Below are positions 24,915 through 36,300 of a stretch of DNA of 64,000 nt, piece by piece. The translations under genes and the position numbers were made by a program. How positions within the stretch are numbered: the first letter of the stretch is position 1; each line of letters starts with the position of its first letter. Below the pieces are notes generated by a model. The model made no database searches. It was not told the DNA's origin and saw only the letters and a program-made list of their open reading frames with translations. Origin of the DNA: a virus; IMG/VR virus record IMGVR_UViG_3300020048_000073, positions 1 through 64,000 of that record. The stretch is one strand, 5' to 3'.

Positions 24915-26606
24915 ATGACAATTATTACTGACGCAGGTGGTTTAGTAGTTAGTTCTTCTGCCGCGGAACTTGGAGGAGACGACGCAATCAGTGATGCCAC
25001 AGGCGCTACTGTTCGTCAGCCGCCCAGTACAGCAGTGGCGGCACCAGATAAAACGTCAGCTCCGCCCAAAGCTGATGCGGCAGTGCGAGCATCAGCTGGA
25101 GAAACATTTGCCGGCCTAGCCGCATTGCTTAATAAAACTCAACAAGAATTAAGCACTGGAACTAATGCCGAACAAGATTTTCCTGACGAATACGAAATTG
25201 TTTTTACACCTGAGTCTTTAAAAAATGCCACATTGGCCAAATCTGGCACTACTGCGTACAATGCTGTGGCAATGGAAGACAAGACCAAAGCCAAATCATT
25301 AGACCCTGATACAAACAGCACCAATATGAAAAGCAGAACATGGACTATTGCGGCCGGAACTCAAATTATTCAAGTTATCAATGATGTTTTTAAAAATAGT
25401 TCTTATATTGTAGATCAACAAATTAAAACAACAGATGAAGTAACGCAAGAAACAAAAAGTAACGATACATTGACACAACAAAATGTCAGCTGGTTTAAAA
25501 TTAATACTGTTGCTACTCCCACTGATAAATTTGATAAAAAACGCAATGACTTTGCTTACAAAATTACCTACAATATTAGCAAATTTGATATTAATGCGAT
25601 GCTTAGTCCATATTTTCCTGGAGCAAAATACCGAGGAGCACAAAAAGCATACCAGTATTGGTTTACAGGAGAAAACACTGCGGTTCTTGATTTCTCAATT
25701 GATTACAATTCAACTTATTCAACCTACACAGTTGTTGGAAAAAAGGAAAACGGAGTATCTGGACTTAGAGCACAGCAAGAAGACTACACTAAACGTATTT
25801 ACGGAGATCAATTTTTTCAACCTACAGTGTCACCCCAATCTACGTCAGGCTCAAATGCACAAGGGGCTAAAGGGAAAGCCAATGAAGGTCCAGCCAGTGC
25901 TGAAGACTATTTGTTTGATCCAGGCGCACTTGCTATACTAAAAGTAAAAATTGTAGGTGATCCAGCTTATCTGCAGCAAGGTTGCGAGATCACCAGTAGT
26001 AGACCGCCAACCTATGCTCCATTTTTGCCAGACGGAACTATTAATTTTAACACAGCAGAGATAGTGTTTACTATGGCATGGAATAATCCAGCTGACTACA
26101 ATCTTGAAACTGGACTAATAGACATCAACCAAGTAGGAAAAAATCCTGACGGAACACCAAAAAATTTACCTCAGTATGCTCAAGCATACAAAGCCACAGA
26201 AATTACCAGTACGTTTAGCAGAGGCAAATTTGAACAAGAACTAACAGGTACACTAATTGGCAGTTTAAAACAACTAACAGCACCAAACGGAGTTACCGCG
26301 TCGGGACGAGAGAGTGTTACTGCGCAGAATGGTGCTAGAATTTCTAATAATAGTGTTGATAGAATTAGAGCAGGCGGCTCTACTGAACAAACAGAGCCGC
26401 CTCAGGCAGCCACAAACGGCGATGTGGGGTCAGCTGAAATCCGCAATGTTGTGCCTTCGGCGTTGCCCCAGCCGCCAACATCTGATGGAGAAATTTTTGA
26501 TGAAACTGGGCTACGCAGTAATATTAGAAGAAATACTGAAACCGGAGAGCTATTTGACGCCACTGGATTAAGAACTAACCCACAATTAATGAATAGAGAA
26601 TACTAA
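24915..26606 (+). CDS. Putative baseplate hub protein (gp27-like), C-terminal part
   Basis: GTQIIQVI, KAYQYWFTGENTAVLDF, KIVGDPAYL, YKATEITSTFSRGKFEQEL; directly upstream of gp5. Confidence 0.6.
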   Translation: MTIITDAGGLVVSSSAAELGGDDAISDATGATVRQPPSTAVAAPDKTSAPPKADAAVRASAGETFAGLAALLNKTQQELSTGTNAEQDFPDEYEIVFTPESLKNATLAKSGTTAYNAVAMEDKTKAKSLDPDTNSTNMKSRTWTIAAGTQIIQVINDVFKNSSYIVDQQIKTTDEVTQETKSNDTLTQQNVSWFKINTVATPTDKFDKKRNDFAYKITYNISKFDINAMLSPYFPGAKYRGAQKAYQYWFTGENTAVLDFSIDYNSTYSTYTVVGKKENGVSGLRAQQEDYTKRIYGDQFFQPTVSPQSTSGSNAQGAKGKANEGPASAEDYLFDPGALAILKVKIVGDPAYLQQGCEITSSRPPTYAPFLPDGTINFNTAEIVFTMAWNNPADYNLETGLIDINQVGKNPDGTPKNLPQYAQAYKATEITSTFSRGKFEQELTGTLIGSLKQLTAPNGVTASGRESVTAQNGARISNNSVDRIRAGGSTEQTEPPQAATNGDVGSAEIRNVVPSALPQPPTSDGEIFDETGLRSNIRRNTETGELFDATGLRTNPQLMNREY

Positions 26607-28111
26607 TGCCAACAGATAATGAACGTAGCCGAGGTAAAGCCGGTAATTACAAGATGGATAAAGGCGGTGCGCCTGTTGACGTGGGTGCTTTTATTGGTAC
26701 CGTAGTCAACAACATTGATCCATCAAGACAAGGTAGAATACAGGTTTTTATTGAACAGTTTTCTGGCAGCGACCCTGCCGACAAAAGTCAATGGAGAACA
26801 CTGAGTTACTGCCCCCCATTTTACGGAGCGACCCCAAAGTCAGGCACTAGCCAAGGAACAGGCACTTACCCTGGTAATCAATCGGCCTATGGAATGTGGT
26901 TTACGGCACCTGATCTTGGCACACAAGTTTTGTGTTTTTTCGTTAACGGTGATCCCAGTCAGGGATATTATTTAGGTTGTGTTCCTGAACAAGGACAAGT
27001 GCGCATGTTGCCTGCTATTGGTGCTGTAACTAATTATGTGCCACAAAACAAAAATCAAGAAACATATTTTACTGATGACCCTAGATTACCTGTCACTGAA
27101 ATTAATAACGCACCTACAAACGTAGAAAACGTAGAAAACCCCAAGTTTTTTGACGTTAATAAACCAGTTCACAGCTACTTAGCTAGTGTATTATTTCAAC
27201 AGGGGCTAAACAAAGACACTGTCAGGGGATCAATTGGCAGTTCGGCACAACGCGAAAGTCCCAGTGGAGTGTTTGGTTTTTCATCTCCCGGTAGAGCAAT
27301 TTTTCAAGGCGGCGCTGACGACACAAACGTCAAACAACAAGTAAAATCAGGAACAACTCAAATAGCTGATTTACAAGTGATAGGTCGTCGCGGCGGTCAT
27401 ACTTTTGTGATGGATGATGGTGATTTAGAAGGCAAAGATAATCTTGTTAGAATTCGTACTGCTAAAGGTCATCAACTTACTATGAGTGATGACGGTAACA
27501 GTTTTTATATAACACATGCCAATGGGCTAACTTGGATAGAGTTAGGTGAAGAAGGAACAATAGATTTTTTTGCTACAAATTCAGTAAACATTAGATCACA
27601 AGGTACTATTAACTTACATGCAGATGAAGACATTAATATGTTTGCTGGTAAAAAGATTAATTTAAAAAGTATGGATAATTTCACTCTACAAAGTGATAAA
27701 AATGTTAATATTGCCACTAAAACAGGCATTACGTTGTACAGTGATGCAGCAATAGGTATTAAATCCAACGGCAGTTTGGGATTAGTAAGTACTGGCGGTG
27801 CGTGGGACGGTGGCGGCAGTTTAAGTTTATCTGCTGGCGCAATCGATCTCAACGGCGGTCCCAAGATAGCAGTTCAAACACCACCAGGTTTAACAAAATA
27901 TTTGTTACCTGACACTACATTCAACAATAGCACCGGTTGGGAAATACTACCAACCGGTTTAGAAAGTATTGCAACACGAGCACCCACTCATGAACCGTAT
28001 CCATATCACGGTAAAGGAGTTCCGGTCAGTGTAAGTTTACAAAAGGGACAAACTTCAGCATCACCAGCAAGCCCTGCGGTCCCTAACAATTGGAGTATTA
28101 CTAGAAAATGA
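26606..28111 (+). CDS. gp5: Baseplate central spike, gp5/VgrG-like (OB fold plus beta-helix, no lysozyme domain)
   Basis: VVNNIDPSRQGRIQVFI, YGMWFTAPDLGTQVLCFF, GHTFVMDDG, RIRTAKGHQ, beta-helix repeats, PTHEPY..H tip. Confidence 0.8.
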   Translation: MPTDNERSRGKAGNYKMDKGGAPVDVGAFIGTVVNNIDPSRQGRIQVFIEQFSGSDPADKSQWRTLSYCPPFYGATPKSGTSQGTGTYPGNQSAYGMWFTAPDLGTQVLCFFVNGDPSQGYYLGCVPEQGQVRMLPAIGAVTNYVPQNKNQETYFTDDPRLPVTEINNAPTNVENVENPKFFDVNKPVHSYLASVLFQQGLNKDTVRGSIGSSAQRESPSGVFGFSSPGRAIFQGGADDTNVKQQVKSGTTQIADLQVIGRRGGHTFVMDDGDLEGKDNLVRIRTAKGHQLTMSDDGNSFYITHANGLTWIELGEEGTIDFFATNSVNIRSQGTINLHADEDINMFAGKKINLKSMDNFTLQSDKNVNIATKTGITLYSDAAIGIKSNGSLGLVSTGGAWDGGGSLSLSAGAIDLNGGPKIAVQTPPGLTKYLLPDTTFNNSTGWEILPTGLESIATRAPTHEPYPYHGKGVPVSVSLQKGQTSASPASPAVPNNWSITRK

Positions 28112-29466
28112 GCGTATTCAAATACATATTGCCTTCTGGAAAAACATTTGAAGTGTTGGGTCCTGCAGAAGCAACTCAGGAACAAGCCGATAAAATATTT
28201 TATGAACAAGTTGCGGCAGGATCTCTGGTTGATTACATTCCTGGGCAAACTTTAACCAGCGCCGAAGTAGAACTGGCCAAATTTAATTTAAGCAGATTAG
28301 ACCGTGGCACAGCAGCAGTAGAAGACACAGTTATTCTTTCTATTGTACGGGGGCTTCCTGTGGTTGCTCCTATTCCTGATTTGTTTAACATACCAATTGT
28401 CAATCCAATTACACAGTCTGATATTGCATTAATAGGACAAGACGCATTGGGACCACCTGCCGTTGGAATTTTAACACCTACAGAAGTTGCGGCGTGTATG
28501 GCACAGATAATTCGTTTGGTAGAACAACCGTTTACTGTTGCTACAAATGAAAAAGGTATTGGTAAGTATGGATTTTCTGCTCAACAACTTGAACGAGTGG
28601 GATACATTAAACCCAACACATATGAAATTTACATCAAGCCCGATCCATCTTTATTCCTTGACGTATTAAATTCGCCTAGTATTTGGAACGGGTTAAACGG
28701 AGTAACTGGATTAGACACTATTCTTACCGACGACCCAAGACAAAACGCTATTCAAATACAATTAATGGAAAACGGATATCAGGGACTGACGGCTGCCGGC
28801 ACTATTCAGCCTCCGGTGCAAGCAGGAGAAGCTGTGTTAACAGGAGAAGTGTACACCAACACATCAGCCACAGCACTAGCCGCGGCAAGCATTGTGGGAT
28901 TGGTAACACAAAACTCTGCCGCACTAATAAACATATCTACAAAATTTGGACCGCAGGTAGCAGATTTGTGGAGTAAAGGATTAACCTTGCCGTCGCTTAC
29001 TCCAACTCCAGATATCTTAGGTAAAGCAAGTCAATATGCTGCCAGCTTTGCCAAAGGGCAACTGGGTGCGATACAGGGTCAACTGGGTGCGATACAGGGT
29101 CAACTGGGTGCGATACCAGGACAACTGTCAGGACAATTAACCGCCTTACAGGGGCAATTTGGCAGTCTAATATCAGGAGTAAAACAAGGTGCCGGATATG
29201 TCAATACCGTGAACAGAGCCACAGTGGATGCGGCAGTTACTCGTATCATTGGCAACGCCAAAGTACCCACTCCAAATTACACACTACCTGGTTCCGCCAC
29301 AGCACTAAACAATTTAGACATAAAACAAGCACAAACAGCATTGACTACGGTGTTACGCCAAGGACAACAAGTGTTGACACTGGCACAAAATTTACAGGGA
29401 CAGGGTTCGGTGATAGCACAGAATTTACGGTCCCAAGGGTCAGCAATAACTCAACGGATTTTATAG
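28108..29466 (+). CDS. Baseplate-associated protein with lysozyme-like central domain and repeat-rich C-terminus
   Basis: IGKYGFSAQQLERVGYIKP...WNGLNG...Q motif; between gp5 and gp25. Confidence 0.5.
   Translation: MSVFKYILPSGKTFEVLGPAEATQEQADKIFYEQVAAGSLVDYIPGQTLTSAEVELAKFNLSRLDRGTAAVEDTVILSIVRGLPVVAPIPDLFNIPIVNPITQSDIALIGQDALGPPAVGILTPTEVAACMAQIIRLVEQPFTVATNEKGIGKYGFSAQQLERVGYIKPNTYEIYIKPDPSLFLDVLNSPSIWNGLNGVTGLDTILTDDPRQNAIQIQLMENGYQGLTAAGTIQPPVQAGEAVLTGEVYTNTSATALAAASIVGLVTQNSAALINISTKFGPQVADLWSKGLTLPSLTPTPDILGKASQYAASFAKGQLGAIQGQLGAIQGQLGAIPGQLSGQLTALQGQFGSLISGVKQGAGYVNTVNRATVDAAVTRIIGNAKVPTPNYTLPGSATALNNLDIKQAQTALTTVLRQGQQVLTLAQNLQGQGSVIAQNLRSQGSAITQRIL
29056..29118 (+). repeat. Three near-perfect 21-bp tandem repeats (GQLGAIQ x3)
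   Basis: gggcaactgggtgcgatacag / ggtcaactgggtgcgatacag / ggtcaactgggtgcgatacca. Confidence 0.95.
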
Positions 29467-29481
29467 ACGGTAAATACACTT

Positions 29482-29856
29482 ATGACTACATTTATTGGGT
29501 TTAGCACTATTGATCAATACAAAAAATTTACACTTGTGGATTTTGAGTTAATTAAACGCGATTTGCTTAATGCTTTTAGTATTCAGCAAGGACAACTGCC
29601 AGGCAAACCAGAATACGGCACATTGTTGTGGAATTACATATTTGAAAATCAAACTCAAGATACTGAGCGAGCTATCATAGCCGAAGTACAACGAGTAGCA
29701 GGAAACGATCCTAGAATTTATATTAACGAAATAGAAATTTTTCCGCAATTAAACGGCATTTTAATACAAATTGAAGTACTAGTTGTGCCCACCACAGATG
29801 CGCAACGATTAAGCCTTTTCTTTGATCAAGATTCAAGACGAGCATCATTCGTTTAA
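29482..29856 (+). CDS. gp25: Baseplate wedge subunit, T4 gp25-like
   Basis: LIKRDLLN.F....G...G.PEYGT.LW.YIFE, DPRI motif; TAAATA 5 nt upstream. Confidence 0.9.
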   Translation: MTTFIGFSTIDQYKKFTLVDFELIKRDLLNAFSIQQGQLPGKPEYGTLLWNYIFENQTQDTERAIIAEVQRVAGNDPRIYINEIEIFPQLNGILIQIEVLVVPTTDAQRLSLFFDQDSRRASFV

Positions 29857-29862
29857 AAACTA

Positions 29863-29886
29863 CGTACATTAAAAATTAAATAAATA
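29863..29886 (+). promoter_or_regulatory. Extended late promoter CGTACATT...TAAATA, copy 1
   Basis: 22/24 identical to 49389-49412. Confidence 0.7.
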
Positions 29887-29905
29887 TTAGAACATTGGGA
29901 ATAAC

Positions 29906-32900
29906 ATGGCACGCACCACAAGACAAACAGTCATATTTGGAGTAGAAGATTGGAAACGAATCTATCAAACATATCGCGAAGGTGACTTTCAATCCTACGA
30001 TTTTGAGACTCTGCGTAAAAGTTTTGTAGATTATCTGCGTCTGTATTATCCAGAAACATTTAACGACTACATTGAGTCATCAGAATTCATTGCCTTACTA
30101 GACGTAATGGCCTTTGAAGGGCAAGCACTGGCGTTCCGTACAGATTTAAATACACGTGAAAATTTCTTAGACACTGCAGAACGCAGAGACAGTGTTGTTA
30201 AACTGGCAAATTTAGTTGGTTACACTCCCAAGCGCAACACTCCGTCAAGCGGATATCTTAAAGTTTTTTCAGTACAGACTACTGAGAATGTTATTGATTA
30301 CAACGGAGTTAACTTAGCAAGCGTAACCGTAAATTGGGCCGATCCCAGTAATTTTGACTGGCAAGAACAATTCAGTGCCATTATCAATGCCAGCCTACTA
30401 GACACACAGCGAGTGGGCGTGCCTGCTAACCGCCAAGATATTCTAGGGGTAGAAACTGCCGAATACACAGTTAACCTTGTGCCTGGGTTTTTACCTATTG
30501 TGCCTTTTACCGCTACAATAGATGGTGTTAATATGCCGTTTGAAGCGGTCAATGCCTCATCAAGAGGAGCTGATTTTGTTTACGAACCTAGTCCATTGCC
30601 CAATGGCAGATTTAATGTGTTGTTCCGTAATGACACACTGGGTTTTCAAAGTGCCAATACAGGTTACTTTTTTTACTTTAAACAAGGTGTATTACAAAAT
30701 CAAGATTTTAACTTACCCGAACGAATTTCAAATCGAGTTGTAAACATAAACATTGAAGGATGTAACAATCAAGATCATTGGTTGTATCAATTAGACAATG
30801 TGGGTAACATATCTACAGAGTGGGTTTTTACACAGTCTGTTTACGGCGCTGCCGCCGAACAACTTAGTCCTAATATTCGAAACCTGTACTCAATCACATC
30901 ACGGGTTAACGATCAAATATCATTAAACTTTGGTGACGGGGTCTTTTCTCAAATTCCAGTAGGGACATTCCGCGCCTATGTGCGTGCTTCGAACGGATTA
31001 CAGTATATTATTAATCCAAGTGAAATGCAAAGCGTGTTAATTCCTATTAGCTATGTAAGTCGTACTGGACAAATTGAAACTATTACATTTACATGTGGCA
31101 TTACTAATCCAATCAGTAATGCGCAAGCTCGTGAAACAATTGAACAAATTAAACAACGTGCTCCTGCTCGTTATTACACACAAGACCGTATGGTCAACGG
31201 CGAAGACTACACTAATTTTCCGTTTACAACATACAATAGCATTTTAAAAAGCTCAGCGGTCAACAGAGCCAGTATAGGAACTAGTCGTTATTTAGATTTA
31301 GTTGACAACACAGGAAAATACAGCTCAACAAACAGTTTTGCATCTGACGGTGCGCTGTATGAAGATAATGATAATGCATCTTTTACGTTTGCGTGGCAAT
31401 CAGTTAACGATATTACCGATGCCATTGTTAATCAAGTTGAGCCACAACTAATTAGCACAGGATTACGTCAGTTCTATTACGCAAATTTTGATCGTCCACC
31501 TTTGGAATTTTTAAATGTAGGTTGGGTGCAGAGTACCACTTTAGTCAATGAAACCACTGGCTACTTTAAAAGTAACACCGGCGGCCCTATTCCTATTGGT
31601 CCCTTTACCAGTAACAATTTTAAATATGTTGTGGTAGGAGCCTTGGTTAAATTTGTTCCTCCGGCTGGATATTACTTTAACAAAGATAATAGGTTAGTAT
31701 TGGGAACACCATTATCTGACACTGACAAATTGGTTTTATGGGCTAGCCCCAGTGCCGTGGTCAACGAAGGAACCAATCAAGGTGCTGGAAATTTCCCTGA
31801 TGGGGTAGGTCCAGTGGTGCTTAATAATTTTATTCCAACAGGAGCCATTGCTTCACAAGTTATTCCTTTATTTGTTACAGATTTACCAGCCAGCGTTGAG
31901 GTATCTGTTGCAGAACAAATTAGTTTTAATCAAAATTTTGGACTTGGTTACAATAATTTAACACAAACTTGGTATGTAATAACTGCTTCTAACATTGATA
32001 TCAATGCCCCTTACAGTCAGGCCAATCAACAAAGCACCGCCGGAGTCAATAATGATGCCAGTTGGTTAATACAATTTGTGACCAACGGAACACAATACAC
32101 AGTTCAAGTTAGAAACTTGGTGTATTATTTTGGTAGTGTTTTACAAACTCGCTTTTTTTACTTTACTGATGACAAAATTTATGATCCACGAACTGGAGTT
32201 GTAATTTCAGACTTTATTAATGTATTAAAAACCAATAGTAGACCTGATAGTAATTCGCCTTTGTTGGGCGACACTGTGTTAAAGATTGTAGGCCAACCAA
32301 TACAAAGTGATGGATATGTAGATGACTACCAAGTTTTAGTCAGCTTTCAAGATAACAGCGGTGACGGCGTACCTGACAATCCAGATTTTTTCAACGACAT
32401 AGTTGCTCCCAATGTAAATCCTAATCAAAAATTAGTATTTTTTCAATCAACAGTTGACTTTGACGACCTACAAAGATATTTGTTATTGGAGCCAGGCATA
32501 GTTAATTCAAATTATCCTACACTTGACAGCATTGAGTTAGTAAAAACTGAATTTTCTCCCGGGCAAGTGTTTTATGCCTATTCAGCACAGTTATTTTACG
32601 TACTGACCTTAACAGTAGTGGGACAACTTATTCTTGTGCCATCAACAGAATACTTGGCAAAAACAGGAAGACAAGCACTGTTCTTTCAATACAGACATAA
32701 TGCCCCGTTGACGGCTAGGATTGATCCTGGTAGCACTAACATTATTGACTTGTACATCGTAACATTGGCTTACTACACTGCTTATCAAAATTGGATTAAA
32801 GATATTACTGGCACAGTATTGGAACCAAGTCCACCTACCATTGATGAACTAACAACTGAATACACTGGACTACAAAATTACAAAATGTTATCTGATAATT

Positions 32901-33310
32901 TAATTTTAAATTCTGTAGAATTCTTGCCTTTGTTTGGCAGCAAGGCGCCTGAAAATTTACGTGCTACAATTAAAGTAATTGCTGCCAGCAATACAACTGC
33001 CAGTATCAGTGAAATAAAAAATTCTGTAGTGCAGGCAATGGATGCTTACTTTAGTTTAGACAAGTGGGATTTTGGAGAAACATTTTATTTCTCAGAGTTG
33101 GCAGCATACATCCACAGCGAAATAGGTGGAATAGTGTCATCCGTTGTATTAGTTCCTTTAAACACACAAAAATCATTTGGCGACTTGTATGAAATAAGAT
33201 CAGCACCATATCAAATTTTTGTCAATGGTGCCACTGTAGATAACATTGAAGTTATTACAGCCCTTACCAGCAACAATTTACAAACTGCCCCAGGCAGCGG
33301 GGTTATCTAA
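29906..33310 (+). CDS. gp6: Baseplate wedge subunit, T4 gp6-like
   Basis: DFETLR, FNDYIESSE, ENFLDTAERRDSV..LA..VGY.P, FGDG.F, ETIEQIK.RAP..Y.TQDRMVNGEDY. Confidence 0.9.
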   Translation: MARTTRQTVIFGVEDWKRIYQTYREGDFQSYDFETLRKSFVDYLRLYYPETFNDYIESSEFIALLDVMAFEGQALAFRTDLNTRENFLDTAERRDSVVKLANLVGYTPKRNTPSSGYLKVFSVQTTENVIDYNGVNLASVTVNWADPSNFDWQEQFSAIINASLLDTQRVGVPANRQDILGVETAEYTVNLVPGFLPIVPFTATIDGVNMPFEAVNASSRGADFVYEPSPLPNGRFNVLFRNDTLGFQSANTGYFFYFKQGVLQNQDFNLPERISNRVVNINIEGCNNQDHWLYQLDNVGNISTEWVFTQSVYGAAAEQLSPNIRNLYSITSRVNDQISLNFGDGVFSQIPVGTFRAYVRASNGLQYIINPSEMQSVLIPISYVSRTGQIETITFTCGITNPISNAQARETIEQIKQRAPARYYTQDRMVNGEDYTNFPFTTYNSILKSSAVNRASIGTSRYLDLVDNTGKYSSTNSFASDGALYEDNDNASFTFAWQSVNDITDAIVNQVEPQLISTGLRQFYYANFDRPPLEFLNVGWVQSTTLVNETTGYFKSNTGGPIPIGPFTSNNFKYVVVGALVKFVPPAGYYFNKDNRLVLGTPLSDTDKLVLWASPSAVVNEGTNQGAGNFPDGVGPVVLNNFIPTGAIASQVIPLFVTDLPASVEVSVAEQISFNQNFGLGYNNLTQTWYVITASNIDINAPYSQANQQSTAGVNNDASWLIQFVTNGTQYTVQVRNLVYYFGSVLQTRFFYFTDDKIYDPRTGVVISDFINVLKTNSRPDSNSPLLGDTVLKIVGQPIQSDGYVDDYQVLVSFQDNSGDGVPDNPDFFNDIVAPNVNPNQKLVFFQSTVDFDDLQRYLLLEPGIVNSNYPTLDSIELVKTEFSPGQVFYAYSAQLFYVLTLTVVGQLILVPSTEYLAKTGRQALFFQYRHNAPLTARIDPGSTNIIDLYIVTLAYYTAYQNWIKDITGTVLEPSPPTIDELTTEYTGLQNYKMLSDNLILNSVEFLPLFGSKAPENLRATIKVIAASNTTASISEIKNSVVQAMDAYFSLDKWDFGETFYFSELAAYIHSEIGGIVSSVVLVPLNTQKSFGDLYEIRSAPYQIFVNGATVDNIEVITALTSNNLQTAPGSGVI

Positions 33311-36300
33311 TGGTTAATCGTGTAAGATCGGTAGATTTTTTACCGCCAATATTTCAAACTCCCACTAATAGACAGTTTTTAGGTGCAACATTTGATCAAC
33401 TGGTACAAGAACCAGGATTTAAAAAGACTGAAGGCTTTATTGGTCGTCAAGTAGGCCCCGGAGTAAATCCACGGGACAGCTACATATTAGAAACTACAAA
33501 GACACGTGCAGATTATCAATTGGAGCCAGGGGTAGTTAGTTTAAAACCAACTGACACTACAAAAATAACCAACACCATCACTTATCCAGGGATCAATGAT
33601 GCGTTGAATCTACAAGGTGCTTATGTTGATGATCCTGATCGACTGTACTCTTCAGAATATTATGCGTTTGACCCTTTTGTTGATTTAGACAAATTTATTA
33701 ACTACAGTCAATATTTCTGGATACCTGTGGGCCCGCAGGCCGTGGCAGTAAATGCTAGACAATACAATTTTACAGAAGATTTTACAGTTACACGAAATCC
33801 AGATACCAATGCCTACACATTTAGCGATACCACTGGCGCAATATTTGGCAACAACCCTACTATTACATTATTACGTACTGGTAACTACAATTTTACTGTT
33901 GAACAAAATTTAACACAAACAGAAACTGTACCAGTTAACGTGGTGGGCAGTAACGGATACACCATTAATAATGCTGTTAACCCCACTGTGCAGTTAGTGC
34001 GTGGCAACACCTATGTTTTTGATTTTACATATGGGTTTGGTGTTAATTCTTTCTATATAAAAACTGTTATCAGTGCCGGGACGATTGATCTTTGGACCGA
34101 TGGCATAACCAACAACGGTGGTACAGGTCCCACGGGCCAACTTATTTTTAAAGTTCCGCAAGATGCGCCCAATACATTGTTTTATTGTGACCTACTGGCA
34201 TCATCTAACTTTCAAGGGCAGTTTGATATTATTGATGCAGTATCTGGCACAGGTCCATTATTTTCTATTCAAACTCAACCAGGTGTAGAAGGCGAAATAT
34301 CGTGGAGTCCTAATATTAGTTCACGTGTGCCTACAATAGGCGGTGTAACTAACAACACTACTGATTTAGGCGTAATTAATTTTATACCGCCAACCACAAT
34401 AGCACAAAATTATTTTTACAATTTAACTAATATTGGCGGCTGTGATTTAATTAGCAACAATGTTCCGCTGGCGTATTTCCAAGGATCACCTACTGTCGCA
34501 AACTTTATTTCTACTTACGGAAATATTGATGGAATCAATAACTTAGACGGAAGAACTATTTTCTTCCCTAGTGAAAATGACAACACAATTTATTTGATTA
34601 CATATGTAGCCGGTAACATAACAATAACTGTGTCTACTGTAGTGAGTAACGACACAAAATTTACTATTTTGTTTGGCGCTCAATACATTAATACAACATG
34701 GTACAGAGGCACAACCGGTAATGTAATACAAATGCCGTTACTGACCGCCTTGGATTCTGAACTGTATTATCAAGATAGCGAAGATCCGTTAATGTTTGGT
34801 AAGATTAACTTAATAGATGCTACTAGTACAGCAATTTTAGACATCAATGAAATTTTAGGATCTAAGCAATACACTTCTCCTAATGGAGTTGCATTTACCT
34901 CTGGGTTAATTGTGTTTTTTGATGGATTAACTACGCCTGCTTCGTATCAAAATAGTTATTTTGTAGTAGAAGGAGTGGGTGAATCTATTACCCTTACACC
35001 ATTGGCCAATTTAGTAGTGCCTGAAACATATGCGAATAATTTAAGTATTCCCTACGATAGCACAAACTATGACATGTATCCCTATGACGGTGATTTGAAT
35101 GCTCCAATAGATCTTGACTACATTGTTATGAATCGGGCTAGTCCAGACAACAATGCGTGGAGCCGATGCAATCGCTGGTTCCACGTTGACACAATTACTG
35201 CCGCTGCTCAATACAACAATCAGGTACCAGATTTTTCTAATTTTGAACGGGCCCGCCGTCCCATTTTAGAATACAGAAGTGGAATTAAATTGTTTGACAG
35301 CGGAACATTAGGTGCGTCACCCATTACTGTAATTGATTTGACAACAACTAATGCATTGTTGACCGTTAACGGCCAACCTGAGTTTGTCATTGACCAATTT
35401 AGTTTGTTAGAAGGATCAACTGTAATATTTGCCGCAGACACTGATCCAAGAGTACGAAACAAAATTTGGCAAGTTAGTTTTGTCACACCAGATTCAACAC
35501 CCGCAACCAACGCAGGTGATTTTGTTGTGGGTAGAACCTATAGAATTGTAACGTTAGGAAATACTAATTTTACCGCCGTAGGTGCGACCAGCAACACAGT
35601 AGGAACTGAATTTACTGCCACTGGGGTGGGCACCGGCACCGGCACAGCAGAATTTATACAGCCGGTAATTAATTTAACTGCTATTTACACCATGCTGATT
35701 AATGACATGGTGGTGACATTAACAGGTGCAACAACCAAAGGCACTTCGTGGTATTGGGACGGAATTGAATATCTGCGAGCTCAACAGAAAACTTCTATTA
35801 ACCAAGCACCCTTCTTTGATGTGTTTGACGTAGATAATGTTAGTTTTGGCGATCAGATAAAATATCCCAGTACGTCATTTAGGGGCAACAAATTATTCAG
35901 TTATGCGGTAGGCACAGGTCAAGACGATCCAGTATTGGGCTTTCCTTTAAGATACCGCACTATTTCCAACATATTTGACATTATTTTTGATAATAATTTG
36001 TACACAGACACATTTACGTTTACTAAAGACCGTGTGGGCAGTACGCTGAATGTAAGTACAGGGTTTGTGCACGAATACACCAACCGAACTGATTACGCTC
36101 GATTATTAGGTTGGCAAACTGCTATTACTAGAAGTTTAGTAAGACAACAATTTAGATTTACCTACGACGGAACTCCTTTACAGTTTGATATTTTTATCAG
36201 TCCAAACTTTAGAGTCCCGTCTATTCAACTTTATCGAAATTCTAAATTTTTAGATCCTAGCAATTACACTGTAAGTCAAAACGACAAAGGATCTATTATT

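Noticed and set aside
24904-24915. TAG read-through or stop-codon reassignment joining the two hub ORFs
   Set aside because: The ORFs are in different frames, the second has its own RBS, and long genes elsewhere are intact under the standard code
29056-29118. CRISPR-like or guide array
   Set aside because: Contiguous in-frame coding repeats with no spacers
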